In this document: piece by piece, positions 29,405-42,058 of the stretch
Layout: each line of letters opens with the position of its first letter
Numbering within the stretch: position 1 is the stretch's first letter
The notes under the pieces: model-generated
Told to the model about the DNA's origin: nothing
The model's database searches: none
Seen by the model: the letters and a program-made list of their open reading frames with translations, nothing else
Assembly (NCBI GenBank): GCA_949288735.1
Contig: CASELE010000007.1
Span: forward strand, 1,737 to 65,736
Direction of reading: 5' to 3'
DNA length: 64,000 nucleotides
DNA from: an uncultured Alistipes sp.
GTDB taxonomy: Bacteria > Bacteroidota > Bacteroidia > Bacteroidales > Rikenellaceae
Program-made: the position numbers and the translations under genes

Positions 29405-29959
29405 TCAGTCCGTCTCTTCGATGCCGGCGAAGAGATCGGAGGCACACTGCGCCTCCATGCGGGCGAGTTGCGAACGGTCGGTAGTGTCGGCTAGCACGGC
29501 GGCGAAGAACTGATCCATCGTCCGGTAGGCGTTGTTCACCTTCGAGGCGAAACACTGGTAGAAGGCCTTCTGCTGCCGATGATCGAGTCCTGCGGGCAGG
29601 ATGCCCTGCGCCACGAGAGCGGGGTAGGGATAGAGATGCCGCATGTTGCGGGCGTCGGCATTGAGTTCTTCGACGATGGCTGCCACGACGACCGTTTCCA
29701 CCGTATCCTCCACGCCCGGCATGGTGATGAAGGCGGTGTAGATGGGATAGTCCGTTTCGAGTCTTCGTGCCACGTCGTCGGCGAAGAGGGCGAACTCCGC
29801 CTCGGCGAGGTTCTCGAGGTAGACCATCCGGCGGTAGTCGCGCAGCGCTTCGCGCAGGGTGCGCCGTTCGTCGTCGTCCCAGCCCTGGCGGCCGGAGCAG
29901 TTGACCGAACCCGCGGCGAGGAGCGCCGCGAGAGGCAGGATAAGGAGCAGTCGTTTCAT
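29405..29959 (-). CDS. Hypothetical lipoprotein
   Basis: MKRLLLILPLAALLAAGSVNC signal with Cys; start at 29959. Confidence 0.7.
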   Translation of the reverse strand: MKRLLLILPLAALLAAGSVNCSGRQGWDDDERRTLREALRDYRRMVYLENLAEAEFALFADDVARRLETDYPIYTAFITMPGVEDTVETVVVAAIVEELNADARNMRHLYPYPALVAQGILPAGLDHRQQKAFYQCFASKVNNAYRTMDQFFAAVLADTTDRSQLARMEAQCASDLFAGIEETD

Positions 29960-30055
29960 CGTATTCCCTGTTTTTTGGTTCGTACGACTGTTCCCGTGCA
30001 ATTCGTGTGCCATGCGCGGCGCGATGCCGGCGAAAAGCGCGGGCTCCTCCGTCGG

Positions 30056-31075
30056 CTATGCCTCGATCCCGAACCGGAAGACCGTCTTCTGGCAGTAGAG
30101 CTCGCCCGCATGCAGCAGCGGCGATGGCAGTAACCCGGGGCGGTTTACGGCGTCGGGGCCGAATCCGCACTCCAGAACGGCGCTCCGTTCCCGGTCCGGT
30201 GCCGCGGCTCCGGGATATGTCGTTCCGGAACGGAGCGTGATGCAGGGCTGTGAGGTGAGCAGCGTCATGTGACGCCCTGACTGCGGGTCGCGCAGTTCGC
30301 CCGCCTCGGCGAGAATGCCCGATTGCCACCCGTCGAGCAGAAAGTGCCGCTCGTCGATGCCACTGTCGGAGTCGAAGGCGTCGTGCAGCGGCCTGAACGA
30401 GCCGAAGTCGCACGACGAACCCTCGGTAGCGAGGAGCCGTCCGGTCGGGAGAAGCCGTCCGTCGGTCTCGACGAGCCGTGCCGGCGCGAGCCTCAGCTCC
30501 TGAGCGGGGGCGCCGGCTGCGCCGCCTCCCGCCAGGTCGATGTGCAGCCGTGTGGCGAGATCCACCGGCGTGGTCCGGTCCGTGCGGGCGAGGTAGGTGA
30601 TCTCCAGTGCATGGTCGTCGTCGAAGTCGAAGACGACCTCTGCGGCCAGCTGTCCGGGATAACCCTGGTCTCCCTCCTCCGAGAGGAGCGACATCACCAC
30701 GCGGTTGGTCTCCACGCGTCCCTCCCACAGCCGTTCGCCGAAGCCCCGTGAACCGCCGTGGAGGTGGCTCCCGCGGTCGTTGCGTTCGAGCCGGTACTCC
30801 GTCCCTTCGATTGTCATGCGGCCGTGTCCGATGCGGCCGGCGCAGCGACCCAGCGTCTTGCCGCCGGCTGCCGGGTCGCCCGCGTAGTCGTCGTAGCGTC
30901 CGCAGCCGGCGATGACTTCGTCACAGCGGCCCGTACGGTCGGGTACGGAGACCGAGACGACCGTTGCGCCGTAGTTGCACAGACGTACCTCTGCTCCGGA
31001 AGCGGCACGCATGACATAGAGCACGACAGCCTCGCCTTCGGGGGTCATGCCCCAGATGTACTGCTCGATATCCAT
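30056..31075 (-). CDS. Aldose 1-epimerase (GalM)-like protein, degenerate active site
   Basis: NYGATVVS, HLHGG, DQGYPG; canonical NLTNHSYFNL replaced by DLATRLHIDL. Confidence 0.85.
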   Translation of the reverse strand: MDIEQYIWGMTPEGEAVVLYVMRAASGAEVRLCNYGATVVSVSVPDRTGRCDEVIAGCGRYDDYAGDPAAGGKTLGRCAGRIGHGRMTIEGTEYRLERNDRGSHLHGGSRGFGERLWEGRVETNRVVMSLLSEEGDQGYPGQLAAEVVFDFDDDHALEITYLARTDRTTPVDLATRLHIDLAGGGAAGAPAQELRLAPARLVETDGRLLPTGRLLATEGSSCDFGSFRPLHDAFDSDSGIDERHFLLDGWQSGILAEAGELRDPQSGRHMTLLTSQPCITLRSGTTYPGAAAPDRERSAVLECGFGPDAVNRPGLLPSPLLHAGELYCQKTVFRFGIEA

Positions 31076-32607
31076 TATTCGGCCGGTGCGAGTCTCTCGA
31101 AGAGAAGGTCGATGCGCCGCAGCGTCTCCTCGCGGCCGATGAACGAGGTCACGTCGTACATGCCGGGACCCTTGCCCGCACCGACGAGCGCCAGACGCAG
31201 TGTGTTCATCACCTGTCCCGTGCCGTAGCCCTTCTCCTGGATCCAGCCGTGCACGATGCGTTCGGTGTTTTCGAGCGAGAAGTCGTCGATTGAGGCCAGC
31301 ACGCCGCGCAGTTCTCGGAGAATGGCCGGATTGTCACCCTTCCAGTACTTTTTCGCCTGCTTCTCCTCGTACGCTTCCGGCGCGCGGAAGAAGAAAGAGG
31401 TGAGATCCCAGAGGTCGGTCGCGAGTACGGCCCGCTCCTTCATGATGTCGGCGGCGCGGCCGGCCCGCTCGTCGGATACCTCGATGCCGTGGGCGCGCAG
31501 GATGGGTTGCAGCAGGACCGCCAGCTCCTCCGCGCTCTTGCGGTGCATGTACTGGGCGTTGAACCAGCGGGCCTTTTCGGGTTGAAAGCGGGCCCCCGAT
31601 TTCGAGACGCGGTCGAGCGAGAAGTGCTCGACGAGTTCCTGCATGGTGAAAAGCTCCTGTTCGGTGCCGGGATTCCAGCCCAGCAGGGCCAGCATGTTGA
31701 CGAAGGCTTCGGGAAAGTAACCGTCCTCGCGGTATCCGCGTGCCGTCTCGCCCGTGGGCGACTGCCAGAAGAGCGGAAAGACGGGGAATCCCATCTTGTC
31801 GCCGTCGCGCTTCGAGAGCTTGCCGCCGCCCGTAGGCTTGAGCAGCAGCGGCAGGTGCGCGAAGGCGGGCTGCGTCTCCTGCCAGCCGAAGGCTTCGTAG
31901 AGCAGGTAGTGGAGCGGCAGCGACGGCAGCCACTCCTCGCCGCGGATGACGTGCGAGATCTCCATCAGATGATCATCCACGATATTGGCCAGATGGTAGG
32001 TGGGCAGTGCGTCGGCCGACTTGTAGAGTACCTTGTCGTCGAGCGTCGAGGTGTTCACCTCGACGTGGCCGCGGATGAGGTCGTCCATCCGTACAATGCG
32101 GTTTTCGGGCATCCGGAAACGGATTACCCACTGGTCGCCGCGGTCGATACGGCGGCGAACCTCGTCGGCGGGCAGCGTCAGCGAGGTGGCCAGCCGTTCG
32201 CGTACGGTATGGTCGTAGGCGAAGGCCGCACCGCGCGCCTCGGCCTCGCGGCGCAGGGCGTCGAGCTCTTCGGCCGTGTCGAAGGCGTAGTAGGCCCACC
32301 CCGCATCGACAAGCTGCAGGGCGTATTTCAGATAGATCTCGCGCCGTTCGCTCTGCCGGTAGGGGGCGTGGGGGCCGCCGACGCCGACCCCCTCGTCGAT
32401 TTCGATGCCGCACCAGCGGAGCGACTCCCGGATATACTCCTCGGCGCCCGGAACGAAGCGCTGCGAATCGGTATCCTCGATGCGGAGAATCATCTTCCCG
32501 CCGTGCCGGCGGGCGAACAGGTAGTTGTAGAGGGCCGTGCGGACGCCTCCGATATGCAGGGGCCCCGTGGGGCTGGGCGCGAAGCGCACCCGTACAGGTC
32601 TGGACAT
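31075..32607 (-). CDS. gltX: Glutamate--tRNA ligase
   Basis: [26 protein letters not shown]. Confidence 0.98.
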   Translation of the reverse strand: MSRPVRVRFAPSPTGPLHIGGVRTALYNYLFARRHGGKMILRIEDTDSQRFVPGAEEYIRESLRWCGIEIDEGVGVGGPHAPYRQSERREIYLKYALQLVDAGWAYYAFDTAEELDALRREAEARGAAFAYDHTVRERLATSLTLPADEVRRRIDRGDQWVIRFRMPENRIVRMDDLIRGHVEVNTSTLDDKVLYKSADALPTYHLANIVDDHLMEISHVIRGEEWLPSLPLHYLLYEAFGWQETQPAFAHLPLLLKPTGGGKLSKRDGDKMGFPVFPLFWQSPTGETARGYREDGYFPEAFVNMLALLGWNPGTEQELFTMQELVEHFSLDRVSKSGARFQPEKARWFNAQYMHRKSAEELAVLLQPILRAHGIEVSDERAGRAADIMKERAVLATDLWDLTSFFFRAPEAYEEKQAKKYWKGDNPAILRELRGVLASIDDFSLENTERIVHGWIQEKGYGTGQVMNTLRLALVGAGKGPGMYDVTSFIGREETLRRIDLLFERLAPAE

Positions 32608-32697
32608 CTGGTATGGTTGTATGTGAATGATAAGGGTTTCGGATTGTCGTTTCCGCTCCGCGCCGTCGCCGCATCCTCGCGCGACGGCGCGGAGAGG

Positions 32698-32949
32698 TTA
32701 ACTCTTGCCGTTGCCTTCCTCCTTGTCCGACGGCGTGTCGCCGTAGGATCCGTAGGCTTCGTGCTTGCGCCGGCGGGCCTGCAGGGCCCCGGCCACGAGC
32801 CGGACGAGCAGGCCGGCCACGACGACGGCCGCGAGACCGATGGCCGTGTAGAGCAGCCATCCGAGCCGCAGATGCAGGGCGATGAGCCATAGCAGGATGA
32901 CGGCGGCCTGCGTCCAGCGCGAGGTGACGATTCTCAGAATGCGGTTCAT
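32698..32949 (-). CDS. Small membrane protein (83 aa)
   Basis: MNRILRIVTSRW.., two hydrophobic segments; lies in the ychF-SIMPL-gltX gene run. Confidence 0.6.
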   Translation of the reverse strand: MNRILRIVTSRWTQAAVILLWLIALHLRLGWLLYTAIGLAAVVVAGLLVRLVAGALQARRRKHEAYGSYGDTPSDKEEGNGKS

Positions 32950-32962
32950 GACGTGTTTGCGG

Positions 32963-33691
32963 TTATTTGAGCCGGTATTCGATACGCATGGTGATGCGCG
33001 CCTTCTTCTGGCGGCTCGAGGTGTTGAACGAACCGCCGGCCGTGAACTCCTCGTCGGTGTTGGCACCCGTGATCTGGAAGACGCCCATGCGGGCCGAGGC
33101 CACCTTGCGGAGCTTTGCACCGGCGTTCACGGCGATCTTTTCGGCGCGGGCACGGGCATCGGCCGAGGCGCGCTCGATGAGCGAGAGCTTCACGTCGTCG
33201 AGTTTCGTATAGTAGTAGGCCGGGGCGCAGGCCTCGATCGAGACCCCCTGCGCGATGAGTGACGACATCTCGCGCACGATGCCCTCCATTCGATCCACCT
33301 CTGTCGATTCGATGGTGAAGTTCTGCCGCAGCTCATACCCCGTAAATCGCTGTCCCGCCCAGTTTCCAGAGGCGTTGTAGACGGGAGTGTACTGCTTGCC
33401 GACATTCACGAAATCGAATACCACGGCTTCGGCCGGGATACCCCGCTCGGCGAGAAATTCCAGCATCTGCGCCTTGTCGGCTTCGATCTGCCGGTATCCG
33501 GTCGAGGTGGCCGGAGCTTCTGCCGTGAGGGCGCCGCGCCAGACGATGAGGTCCGAGGTGAACTCCGTTTCGCCCAGTCCCGTCACCGTGACGGTCTCCT
33601 GCACGCGATACTTGTAGGTGTAGGCGCGGCCCAGCACTACGGCGCAGAGAAGGGCGAAGAGCCCGATGATGACGAATCGCATGTTTTTCAT
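32963..33691 (-). CDS. SIMPL/DUF541-domain protein
   Basis: N-terminal TM; VTVTGLGE, DARARAEKIA, GVFQIT. Confidence 0.88.
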   Translation of the reverse strand: MKNMRFVIIGLFALLCAVVLGRAYTYKYRVQETVTVTGLGETEFTSDLIVWRGALTAEAPATSTGYRQIEADKAQMLEFLAERGIPAEAVVFDFVNVGKQYTPVYNASGNWAGQRFTGYELRQNFTIESTEVDRMEGIVREMSSLIAQGVSIEACAPAYYYTKLDDVKLSLIERASADARARAEKIAVNAGAKLRKVASARMGVFQITGANTDEEFTAGGSFNTSSRQKKARITMRIEYRLK

Positions 33692-33751
33692 ATCGATGGG
33701 AATTGGATGTTTATCCCTTTGTCTCGTTGGGTTCGGGGGCTCCGGTTCCGG

Positions 33752-34852
33752 CTATACGTTGAAGAGGAAGTGCATGATATCGCCGTCCTGGACGACATAC
33801 TCCTTGCCTTCGATGCCGATCTTGCCCGCATCGCGGCATGCCTTCTCGGAGCCGAGCGTCACGTAGTCGTCGTACTTGATTACCTCGGCACGAATGAAGC
33901 CCCGCTCGAAGTCGGTGTGGATGATGCCGGCCGTCTGCGGAGCCTTCATCCCCCGCACGTAGGTCCAGGCCCGCGTTTCGTCGGGTCCCGTGGTGAAGAA
34001 GGTCTCCAGGTCGAGCAGCCGGTAGGCCGAGCGGATCAGCCGGGCCACGCCCGACTCCTTCAGCCCGAGATCCTCGAGGAACATCTGCCGCTCCTCGTAG
34101 CTCTCCAGTTCTGCGATGTCGGCTTCGGTCGCGGCGGCGACGATGAGCATCTCGGCCCGTTCGTCGGCAATGGCGGCCCGTACCGCTTCGGTGTAGGCGT
34201 TGCCCGTGGCGGCGCTCTGCTCGTCCACGTTGCAGACGTAGAGCACCGGTTTGTCGGTCAGCAGGTTGAGGTCGGCTACCAGCCGGCGGTCGTCCTTGTC
34301 GAGTTCCACCGTGCGGGCGCTTTTGCCCTGTTCAAGCACGGCCTTGTACTGCAGCAGCAGCTCCACGGCCCGCTTGGCCTGCTTGTCGCCGCCCGACGTG
34401 GCGGCCTTCTGCGTCTTTGCGAGCCGGTTCTCCACGGTCTCCAGATCCTTGAGCTGGAGTTCGGTGTCGATGATCTCCTTGTCGCGCACCGGATCGATCG
34501 AACCGTCGACGTGGGTGATGTTGCCGTTGTCGAAGCAGCGCAGCACGTGGATGATGGCGTGCGTGTTGCGGATGTTGCCGAGGAACTTGTTGCCCAGACC
34601 CTCGCCCTTCGACGCCCCCTTCACCAGACCGGCGATGTCCACGATCTCGATGGTGGTGGGTACGACCCGTTTCGGACGGTCGATATCGGCCAGCCGTACG
34701 AGGCGTTCGTCGGGTACGGTGATGACGCCCACGTTGGGCTCGATGGTGCAGAAGGGAAAGTTGGCCGCCTGCGCCTTGGCATTGGAGAGGCAGTTGAAGA
34801 GGGTCGACTTGCCGACGTTGGGCAGACCCACGATGCCGCACTGAAGAGACAT
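33752..34852 (-). CDS. ychF: Redox-regulated ATPase YchF
   Basis: GIVGLPNVGKST, NFPFCTIEPN, DIAGLV, VQDGD. Confidence 0.98.
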   Translation of the reverse strand: MSLQCGIVGLPNVGKSTLFNCLSNAKAQAANFPFCTIEPNVGVITVPDERLVRLADIDRPKRVVPTTIEIVDIAGLVKGASKGEGLGNKFLGNIRNTHAIIHVLRCFDNGNITHVDGSIDPVRDKEIIDTELQLKDLETVENRLAKTQKAATSGGDKQAKRAVELLLQYKAVLEQGKSARTVELDKDDRRLVADLNLLTDKPVLYVCNVDEQSAATGNAYTEAVRAAIADERAEMLIVAAATEADIAELESYEERQMFLEDLGLKESGVARLIRSAYRLLDLETFFTTGPDETRAWTYVRGMKAPQTAGIIHTDFERGFIRAEVIKYDDYVTLGSEKACRDAGKIGIEGKEYVVQDGDIMHFLFNV

Positions 34853-35128
34853 ATCCTGTGTTGCGTATGTGTTTTCCAATCCGGAGCTCCTCCTGCGTCG
34901 GCACGTGCCGGGTTTTGTCCGGAGAGGGCTCTCTTACGACGGGCAAAGATAGCGTTTTTCTTCGGAAGAAACCCTCTTTCCGCCCGATTTCGCCCCCTCT
35001 CTTCCCCGGCTGCCGGGCGGAACGACGAATTTTCGAGGCGGAAAAGGGCGCATAGCGGAAAAATCGTTATCTTTGCGAGATTCCTGTACTCTCGTGAGTA
35101 TGCTGAACTACTAAAACCGGAAAGCATC

Positions 35129-37153
35129 ATGGCTACTGAACAATCCCAACTCTCTGCTCCCGAGGAGCATGTCGGCGCCTCTGCGGCTGCCGAAGATGTG
35201 CGGTCCTCAGTCTCCGCCGACCCTGCGGGGAGCGGTGACGAGACCCCCCGTTCCCTTCCCGGCGCGGAACCGTCGGACGAAACGGCCGCGCACGAAGCCG
35301 GACCCGACGGCGCCCGCGTAGATTTCGCGGACGAGGAGGCGGCGCTGGCCGCTCAGAGCGACGGGTTCGATCTTGGCGAGGAGACCCCCGAAGAGGCTGA
35401 ACAATCGGCAGCCGCGGACGATACTTATATCGGCCGCAGCGAGGAGGAGCTCGTGGCCATGTTCGCCCGGATGCTCGACCAGACTCCGGTGCCGGCGCTG
35501 CGCCGCGAGGCCGAGGCACTGAAGGTCGCCTTCTACAAACGCCGCCGTGCGACGGTCGAGGCCGAGCGTCGTCGTTTCGTGGAGCAGGGCGGAGCCGAGT
35601 CGGACTTCGTGCCGACGACCGACACTTCGGAACTGCGGCTGAAGGACCTTTTCCGCGAATACCGCCGCCGTCGCGACGAGTACATCGCCGCGCTCGATGC
35701 CGAAAAGGAGGCCAATCTGCAGGCGAAACTCCGCATCATCGAAGAACTCAAGGAGCTGGTCGGCTCGGACGAGACGCTCGACCACACCTTCAACCGCTTC
35801 CGCGAACTGCAGCAGCGCTGGCGGGAGGCGGGCCCCGTGCCGCAGGCCCAGGTCAAAGATCTGTGGGAGACCTACAACCTGCATGTGGAGAATTTCTATA
35901 ACTTCATAAAAATCAATAAGGAACTGCGCGATCTCGACCTGCGCCGCAACTACGAGCACAAGGTGGCGCTCTGCGAGGCGGCCGAGGCGCTCGTACTGGA
36001 GCCGTCGGTCATCGAGGCCTTCCGCAAGCTGCAGAAGCTCCACGACGAGTGGCGCGAGACGGGCCCCGTGGCTTCCGAATTCAAGGAGACGCTCTGGGAC
36101 CGCTTCAAGGCCGCATCGAGCCGCATCAACAAGGCGCACCAGGAGCATTTCGAGGAGCTGAAGAACGAGCAGACCCGCAACCTGGAGCTGAAGACGCAGC
36201 TCTGCGTATCGGTCGAGGAGCTGCTCGCGCGTCCGCTCGCTTCGCGCAAGGAGTGGAACCGTGCGAGCGACCGTCTGCTCGAGATCCAGAAGACCTGGAA
36301 AACCATCGGGTTCGCTCCGAAAAAGGAGAACACGCGCATCTACGAGCGGTTCCGTGCCGCCTGCGACCGCTTCTTCGAGCGCAAGCGCGACTTCTATGCC
36401 GGCATGCGCGGTGAGATGGAGGAGAACCTGAAACTCAAGACGGCCCTGTGCGAGGCGGCCGAGGCGCTCGCGGCGAGCGAGGAGTGGAAGAAGACTACCG
36501 ACGAACTGATAGCCCTGCAGGCCCGCTGGAAGGAGATCGGTCCCGTGCCGCGTCGCCATTCGGACCAAATATGGAAAAGGTTCCGTGCGGCGTGCGATGC
36601 CTTCTTCGGCCGCAAGGCCGAGCACTTTGCGGGCGTGGGCGACGAGCAGGAGGAGAACCTGCGCCGCAAGCAGGCTCTGATCGACGAGATGGCTGCGGCC
36701 GACGTGAAGAGCGGCGGGTTCGACATGATCCGCGATTTCCAGCGACGCTGGGGCGAGATAGGCTTCGTGCCCATCCGGAAGAAGGAGGCGTTGCAGAGAC
36801 GCTACCGCGAGGTGGTCGACGCGATGTTCGACGCGCTGCGCGGTACGGAGCGCGAACGCTCCATGGGCCGCTTCCGCGAACGGGTGGCTTCGATGCGGGC
36901 GGCCGGCGGCGGCCGGATGCGTACGGAGCGCGACCGGCTCTACGCCCGAGTGCGTCAGCTGGAACAGGACATCGCATTGCTGGAGAACAATATAGGATTC
37001 TTCGCCCATTCGAAGAATGCCGATGCGTTGATTGCCGACGTGCGGGCCAAGATCGACCGAACGAAGGCCGAACTTCAGGCTGCCGTCGAGAAGGTGAAGC
37101 TGCTCGACCGCGAGGATGCGGCGCAGCAGGATAACGACAACGAAAACAAATAG
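35129..37153 (+). CDS. DUF349-domain helical-repeat protein
   Basis: Repeats of type LQ..W+E.GPVP...LW.RF..A...F; acidic N-terminus; TATCTTTG box 35068-35075. Confidence 0.88.
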   Translation: MATEQSQLSAPEEHVGASAAAEDVRSSVSADPAGSGDETPRSLPGAEPSDETAAHEAGPDGARVDFADEEAALAAQSDGFDLGEETPEEAEQSAAADDTYIGRSEEELVAMFARMLDQTPVPALRREAEALKVAFYKRRRATVEAERRRFVEQGGAESDFVPTTDTSELRLKDLFREYRRRRDEYIAALDAEKEANLQAKLRIIEELKELVGSDETLDHTFNRFRELQQRWREAGPVPQAQVKDLWETYNLHVENFYNFIKINKELRDLDLRRNYEHKVALCEAAEALVLEPSVIEAFRKLQKLHDEWRETGPVASEFKETLWDRFKAASSRINKAHQEHFEELKNEQTRNLELKTQLCVSVEELLARPLASRKEWNRASDRLLEIQKTWKTIGFAPKKENTRIYERFRAACDRFFERKRDFYAGMRGEMEENLKLKTALCEAAEALAASEEWKKTTDELIALQARWKEIGPVPRRHSDQIWKRFRAACDAFFGRKAEHFAGVGDEQEENLRRKQALIDEMAAADVKSGGFDMIRDFQRRWGEIGFVPIRKKEALQRRYREVVDAMFDALRGTERERSMGRFRERVASMRAAGGGRMRTERDRLYARVRQLEQDIALLENNIGFFAHSKNADALIADVRAKIDRTKAELQAAVEKVKLLDREDAAQQDNDNENK

Positions 37154-37166
37154 GAGAGACCGACCC

Positions 37167-38810
<1,644 letters not shown>

Positions 38811-38813
38811 GAG

Positions 38814-40766
38814 ATGAAGAAACAGGCACAGACGTACATTGGTATCGGTGTGATGGTGGTCCTCTTCGTAGGATTCGCCTATTTCACCTCCAGGGACCAG
38901 CAGAAGTACCAGCAGGAGATGGCCGCCTACGAGGCCTACCGCGATTCGGTGGCGGCGGCGACGCGCCCCGTTGTCGCGACGGCGGTCGATTCGCTTGCGG
39001 CCGCCGACCCGGCAGTCGCCGCGGCCGTGGAGCAGCAGCAGCGAGTGGCCGAGTTGGGCGAATACCTGGCCGCCGCCCGCACGGGCGAGGCGAAGAGCTT
39101 TGCGGTGGAGAACGACGTGATGACGATCGGCTTCTCCACGCAGGGCGGCCGCGTCGAGAGCGTGACGCTGAAGGACTACACGCGTTATGCGCCGCGCGGC
39201 GAACGGGACGAGGCCGTGTCGCTCTTCGATCCGGCCACGACGCGTTTCGCCCTCTCGTTCTACGTGAAAAACGGACTGAACAACGTGCCGGTCAACACGA
39301 TGGACTACTGCTTCACGCTCGATACGCTCTGCCGCGTGCAGACGGAGGCCGGAGCGGCCACCTCGGTGGTGATGTCGCTGCCCGTGGCGGCCGACGCCCG
39401 GCTGAAGTACGAGTATCTCGTCTACGACGAAGCGTCGCCCGAGCGTGACTATCTGGTCGATTTCGCCGTGCGGATGGAGAACATGACGCCTCACATGACG
39501 GCGCAGAACACCATCGGCATCGACTGGTCGAACTCCTCCTACCAGAACGAGAAGGGCTTCCAGAACGAGAACATGTATACGACCCTTTCCTACCGGCTGC
39601 CGGGCGAGAGCTCGATCGAGGATATCGGCATGAGCGAGGATTCGGAGAAGAAGCATGTGGACGAACCCGTCAACTGGGTAGCCTTCAAACAGCAGTTTTT
39701 CTCCTCGGTCTTCATCGCGCCGGAGCTCCTCTCCGATGCGAGCCTCTCCTTCGATACGGCAGAGCCCGGATCGGGCTACATGAAGGACTATTCGGCGCGC
39801 ATGACGGTGCCCTATACGCTCCAGACCGATGGGTATGACTTCGCCTTCTACTTCGGTCCGAACAAATATGCCATTCTCAACAAGGTGACCGATGCCGCGG
39901 GCGAAGAGCTGCATCTCGAGAGACTCATCCCGCTCGGGTGGGGCATCTTCGGCTGGGTGAACCGTTGGTTCGTGATACCGGTATTCGATTTCCTGAGCCA
40001 CTATATCGCCAGCTTCGGCATCATCATCCTGATTCTGGCCGTGCTGGTGAAGATCATCATCTCGCCGCTCACCTACAAGAGCTATGTCTCGACGGCCAAG
40101 ATGCGTGTCATCAAGCCCGAGGTGGACGAGCTGGCCAAGAAATACCCCAAGCAGGAGGATGCCATGAAGCGGCAGCAGGCCACCATGGAGCTCTACAAGA
40201 AGGCGGGCATCAACCCGATGGGCGGCTGTATTCCGCTGCTTATCCAGATGCCTATCATCATCGCCATGTTCCGCTTCTTCCCCGCATCGATCGAGCTGCG
40301 CGAGAAGCCTTTCCTGTGGGCCGACGATCTTTCGTCGTATGACAGCATCCTCGATCTGCCCTTCAAGATTCCCTTCTACGGCGATCATGTGAGCCTCTTC
40401 GCCCTGCTGATGGCGGCGGCGCTCTTCATCTACTCCTACGTGAACTACCAGCAGACGGCGGCCGGACAGCCCCAGATGGCGGGCATGAAGTTCGTCATGG
40501 TCTATCTGATGCCGGTCATGCTGCTCCTGTGGTTCAACAACTATTCGAGCGGTCTGTGCTTCTACTATTTCCTGACGAATGTACTCACCATCGGCCAGAC
40601 CTATGTCATCCGGCGCATGATCGACGACGACAAGATCCATGCGCTCATGAAGGCCAATGCCGCCAAGCGCAACAACGGCAAGAAGTCGAAGTTCCAGCTC
40701 AAGTACGAGGAGCTGATGCGTCAGCAGGAGGAGCTGCAGCGTCAGCAGAAGGGACGTCACCGATAG
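38814..40766 (+). CDS. yidC: Membrane protein insertase YidC
   Basis: N-terminal TM, large periplasmic domain, NPMGGCIPLLIQMP, WADDLS. Confidence 0.96.
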   Translation: MKKQAQTYIGIGVMVVLFVGFAYFTSRDQQKYQQEMAAYEAYRDSVAAATRPVVATAVDSLAAADPAVAAAVEQQQRVAELGEYLAAARTGEAKSFAVENDVMTIGFSTQGGRVESVTLKDYTRYAPRGERDEAVSLFDPATTRFALSFYVKNGLNNVPVNTMDYCFTLDTLCRVQTEAGAATSVVMSLPVAADARLKYEYLVYDEASPERDYLVDFAVRMENMTPHMTAQNTIGIDWSNSSYQNEKGFQNENMYTTLSYRLPGESSIEDIGMSEDSEKKHVDEPVNWVAFKQQFFSSVFIAPELLSDASLSFDTAEPGSGYMKDYSARMTVPYTLQTDGYDFAFYFGPNKYAILNKVTDAAGEELHLERLIPLGWGIFGWVNRWFVIPVFDFLSHYIASFGIIILILAVLVKIIISPLTYKSYVSTAKMRVIKPEVDELAKKYPKQEDAMKRQQATMELYKKAGINPMGGCIPLLIQMPIIIAMFRFFPASIELREKPFLWADDLSSYDSILDLPFKIPFYGDHVSLFALLMAAALFIYSYVNYQQTAAGQPQMAGMKFVMVYLMPVMLLLWFNNYSSGLCFYYFLTNVLTIGQTYVIRRMIDDDKIHALMKANAAKRNNGKKSKFQLKYEELMRQQEELQRQQKGRHR

Positions 40767-40788
40767 GCAGGTTCGTTCCGAGCCGAAC

Positions 40789-40823
40789 GCAGGGGGGCGT
40801 GTCGTATCGACACGCCCCCCTGC
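40789..40823. terminator. Hairpin between convergent yidC and methyltransferase
   Basis: 16-bp perfect stem GCAGGGGGGCGTGTCG-TAT-CGACACGCCCCCCTGC. Confidence 0.8.
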
Positions 40824-40858
40824 TGCGTTTTCCCCGACGGGGGATGCTCACCTGCCTG

Positions 40859-42058
40859 CTACTCCACGTAGAGCACCAGTCCCTTGAGGTATTCGCCTTC
40901 GGGGTGGTAGATGTCGATGGGATGGTCGGCCGGCTGTGTCAGCTGGTGCAGGATGCGTACCTTGCGCCCGGCTATGGCCGCCGCGGAGAAGATGGTCGTA
41001 CGGAAGAGCTCCTTCGGTACGGCCTGCGAGCAGGAGAAGGTGAAGAGTATGCCTCCGGGGCGGATCTGCGTCAGGGCCCGCGCATTGAGCCGCTTGTATC
41101 CCTGCAGGGCATTGCCCAGAGCCTTGTGGTGTTTGGCGAAGGCGGGCGGGTCGAGCACGATGAGGTCGTAGCGGTCGCCGATGTGCTTGACGTGCTCCAC
41201 CGCATCGGCCGTGAGCGCCTTATGGGGTGCCGTATCGCCGAAGTTGAGCCGCACGTTCTCCCCGGCCAGCTGCACGGCCCGCTCCGACGAGTCGATCGAT
41301 ACCACCTCCCTTGCTCCGCCCGCGAGGGCGTAGACGGAAAAACCGCCCGTGTAGCAGAAGGTATTGAGCACGGTGCGGCCGGAGGCGTAGCGGCGCACCA
41401 GTTCGCGGTTTTCGCGCTGGTCGAGGAAGAAACCCGTCTTCTGTCCCTCCTCCCAGTTGACCAGGAAACGGAGCCCGTTTTCGAGTACGACATGTTCCCC
41501 GCGTTCCGAGGAGCCGGTCAGATAGCCGTCCACCGCCTGGTCGCGCATGCGGCCCGGAAGCGTCTGGGCGCTCTTGTCGTAGACCGCGTCGAGCCGGTCG
41601 CCCAGGACGGTGCGCAAAGCTGCGGCGATCTCGTGGCGGGCTCGGTACATGCCTGCGGAGTGGCACTGCACGACTGCCGTACGGTCATAGAGGTCCACCA
41701 CGAGACCCGGTAGCCCGTCGCCTTCGCCGTGTACCAGACGACAGCAGGTCGTTCGGTCCGAACCGGCGAATCCCAGCGTGCGGCGCAGCTCCCAGGCGGC
41801 TCCCAGACGTCGGCACCACCACGCCGGATCGATCTGCTCGGCCTCGAACGTGAGGATGCGTACGGCAATCGAGCCCGACTGGTAATGTCCGCGGGCGGCA
41901 AAGTCCCCCGCGTGGGTGTAGACATCGACCAGTGCCCCTTCGGCAATCTCGGACTCCTCTTCGGCGGCAATGTACTCCACCGCGCCCGAAAATATCCAGG
42001 GGTGGCGGCGCAGGAGCGACTCCTCCTTACCTCTGCGCAGGTGTATTTGCGGTATCAT
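40859..42058 (-). CDS. RlmI-like SAM-dependent 23S rRNA methyltransferase
   Basis: RRHPWIFSG, HGEGDGLPGL, QKTGFFLDQR, DPPAF. Confidence 0.93.
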   Translation of the reverse strand: MIPQIHLRRGKEESLLRRHPWIFSGAVEYIAAEEESEIAEGALVDVYTHAGDFAARGHYQSGSIAVRILTFEAEQIDPAWWCRRLGAAWELRRTLGFAGSDRTTCCRLVHGEGDGLPGLVVDLYDRTAVVQCHSAGMYRARHEIAAALRTVLGDRLDAVYDKSAQTLPGRMRDQAVDGYLTGSSERGEHVVLENGLRFLVNWEEGQKTGFFLDQRENRELVRRYASGRTVLNTFCYTGGFSVYALAGGAREVVSIDSSERAVQLAGENVRLNFGDTAPHKALTADAVEHVKHIGDRYDLIVLDPPAFAKHHKALGNALQGYKRLNARALTQIRPGGILFTFSCSQAVPKELFRTTIFSAAAIAGRKVRILHQLTQPADHPIDIYHPEGEYLKGLVLYVE

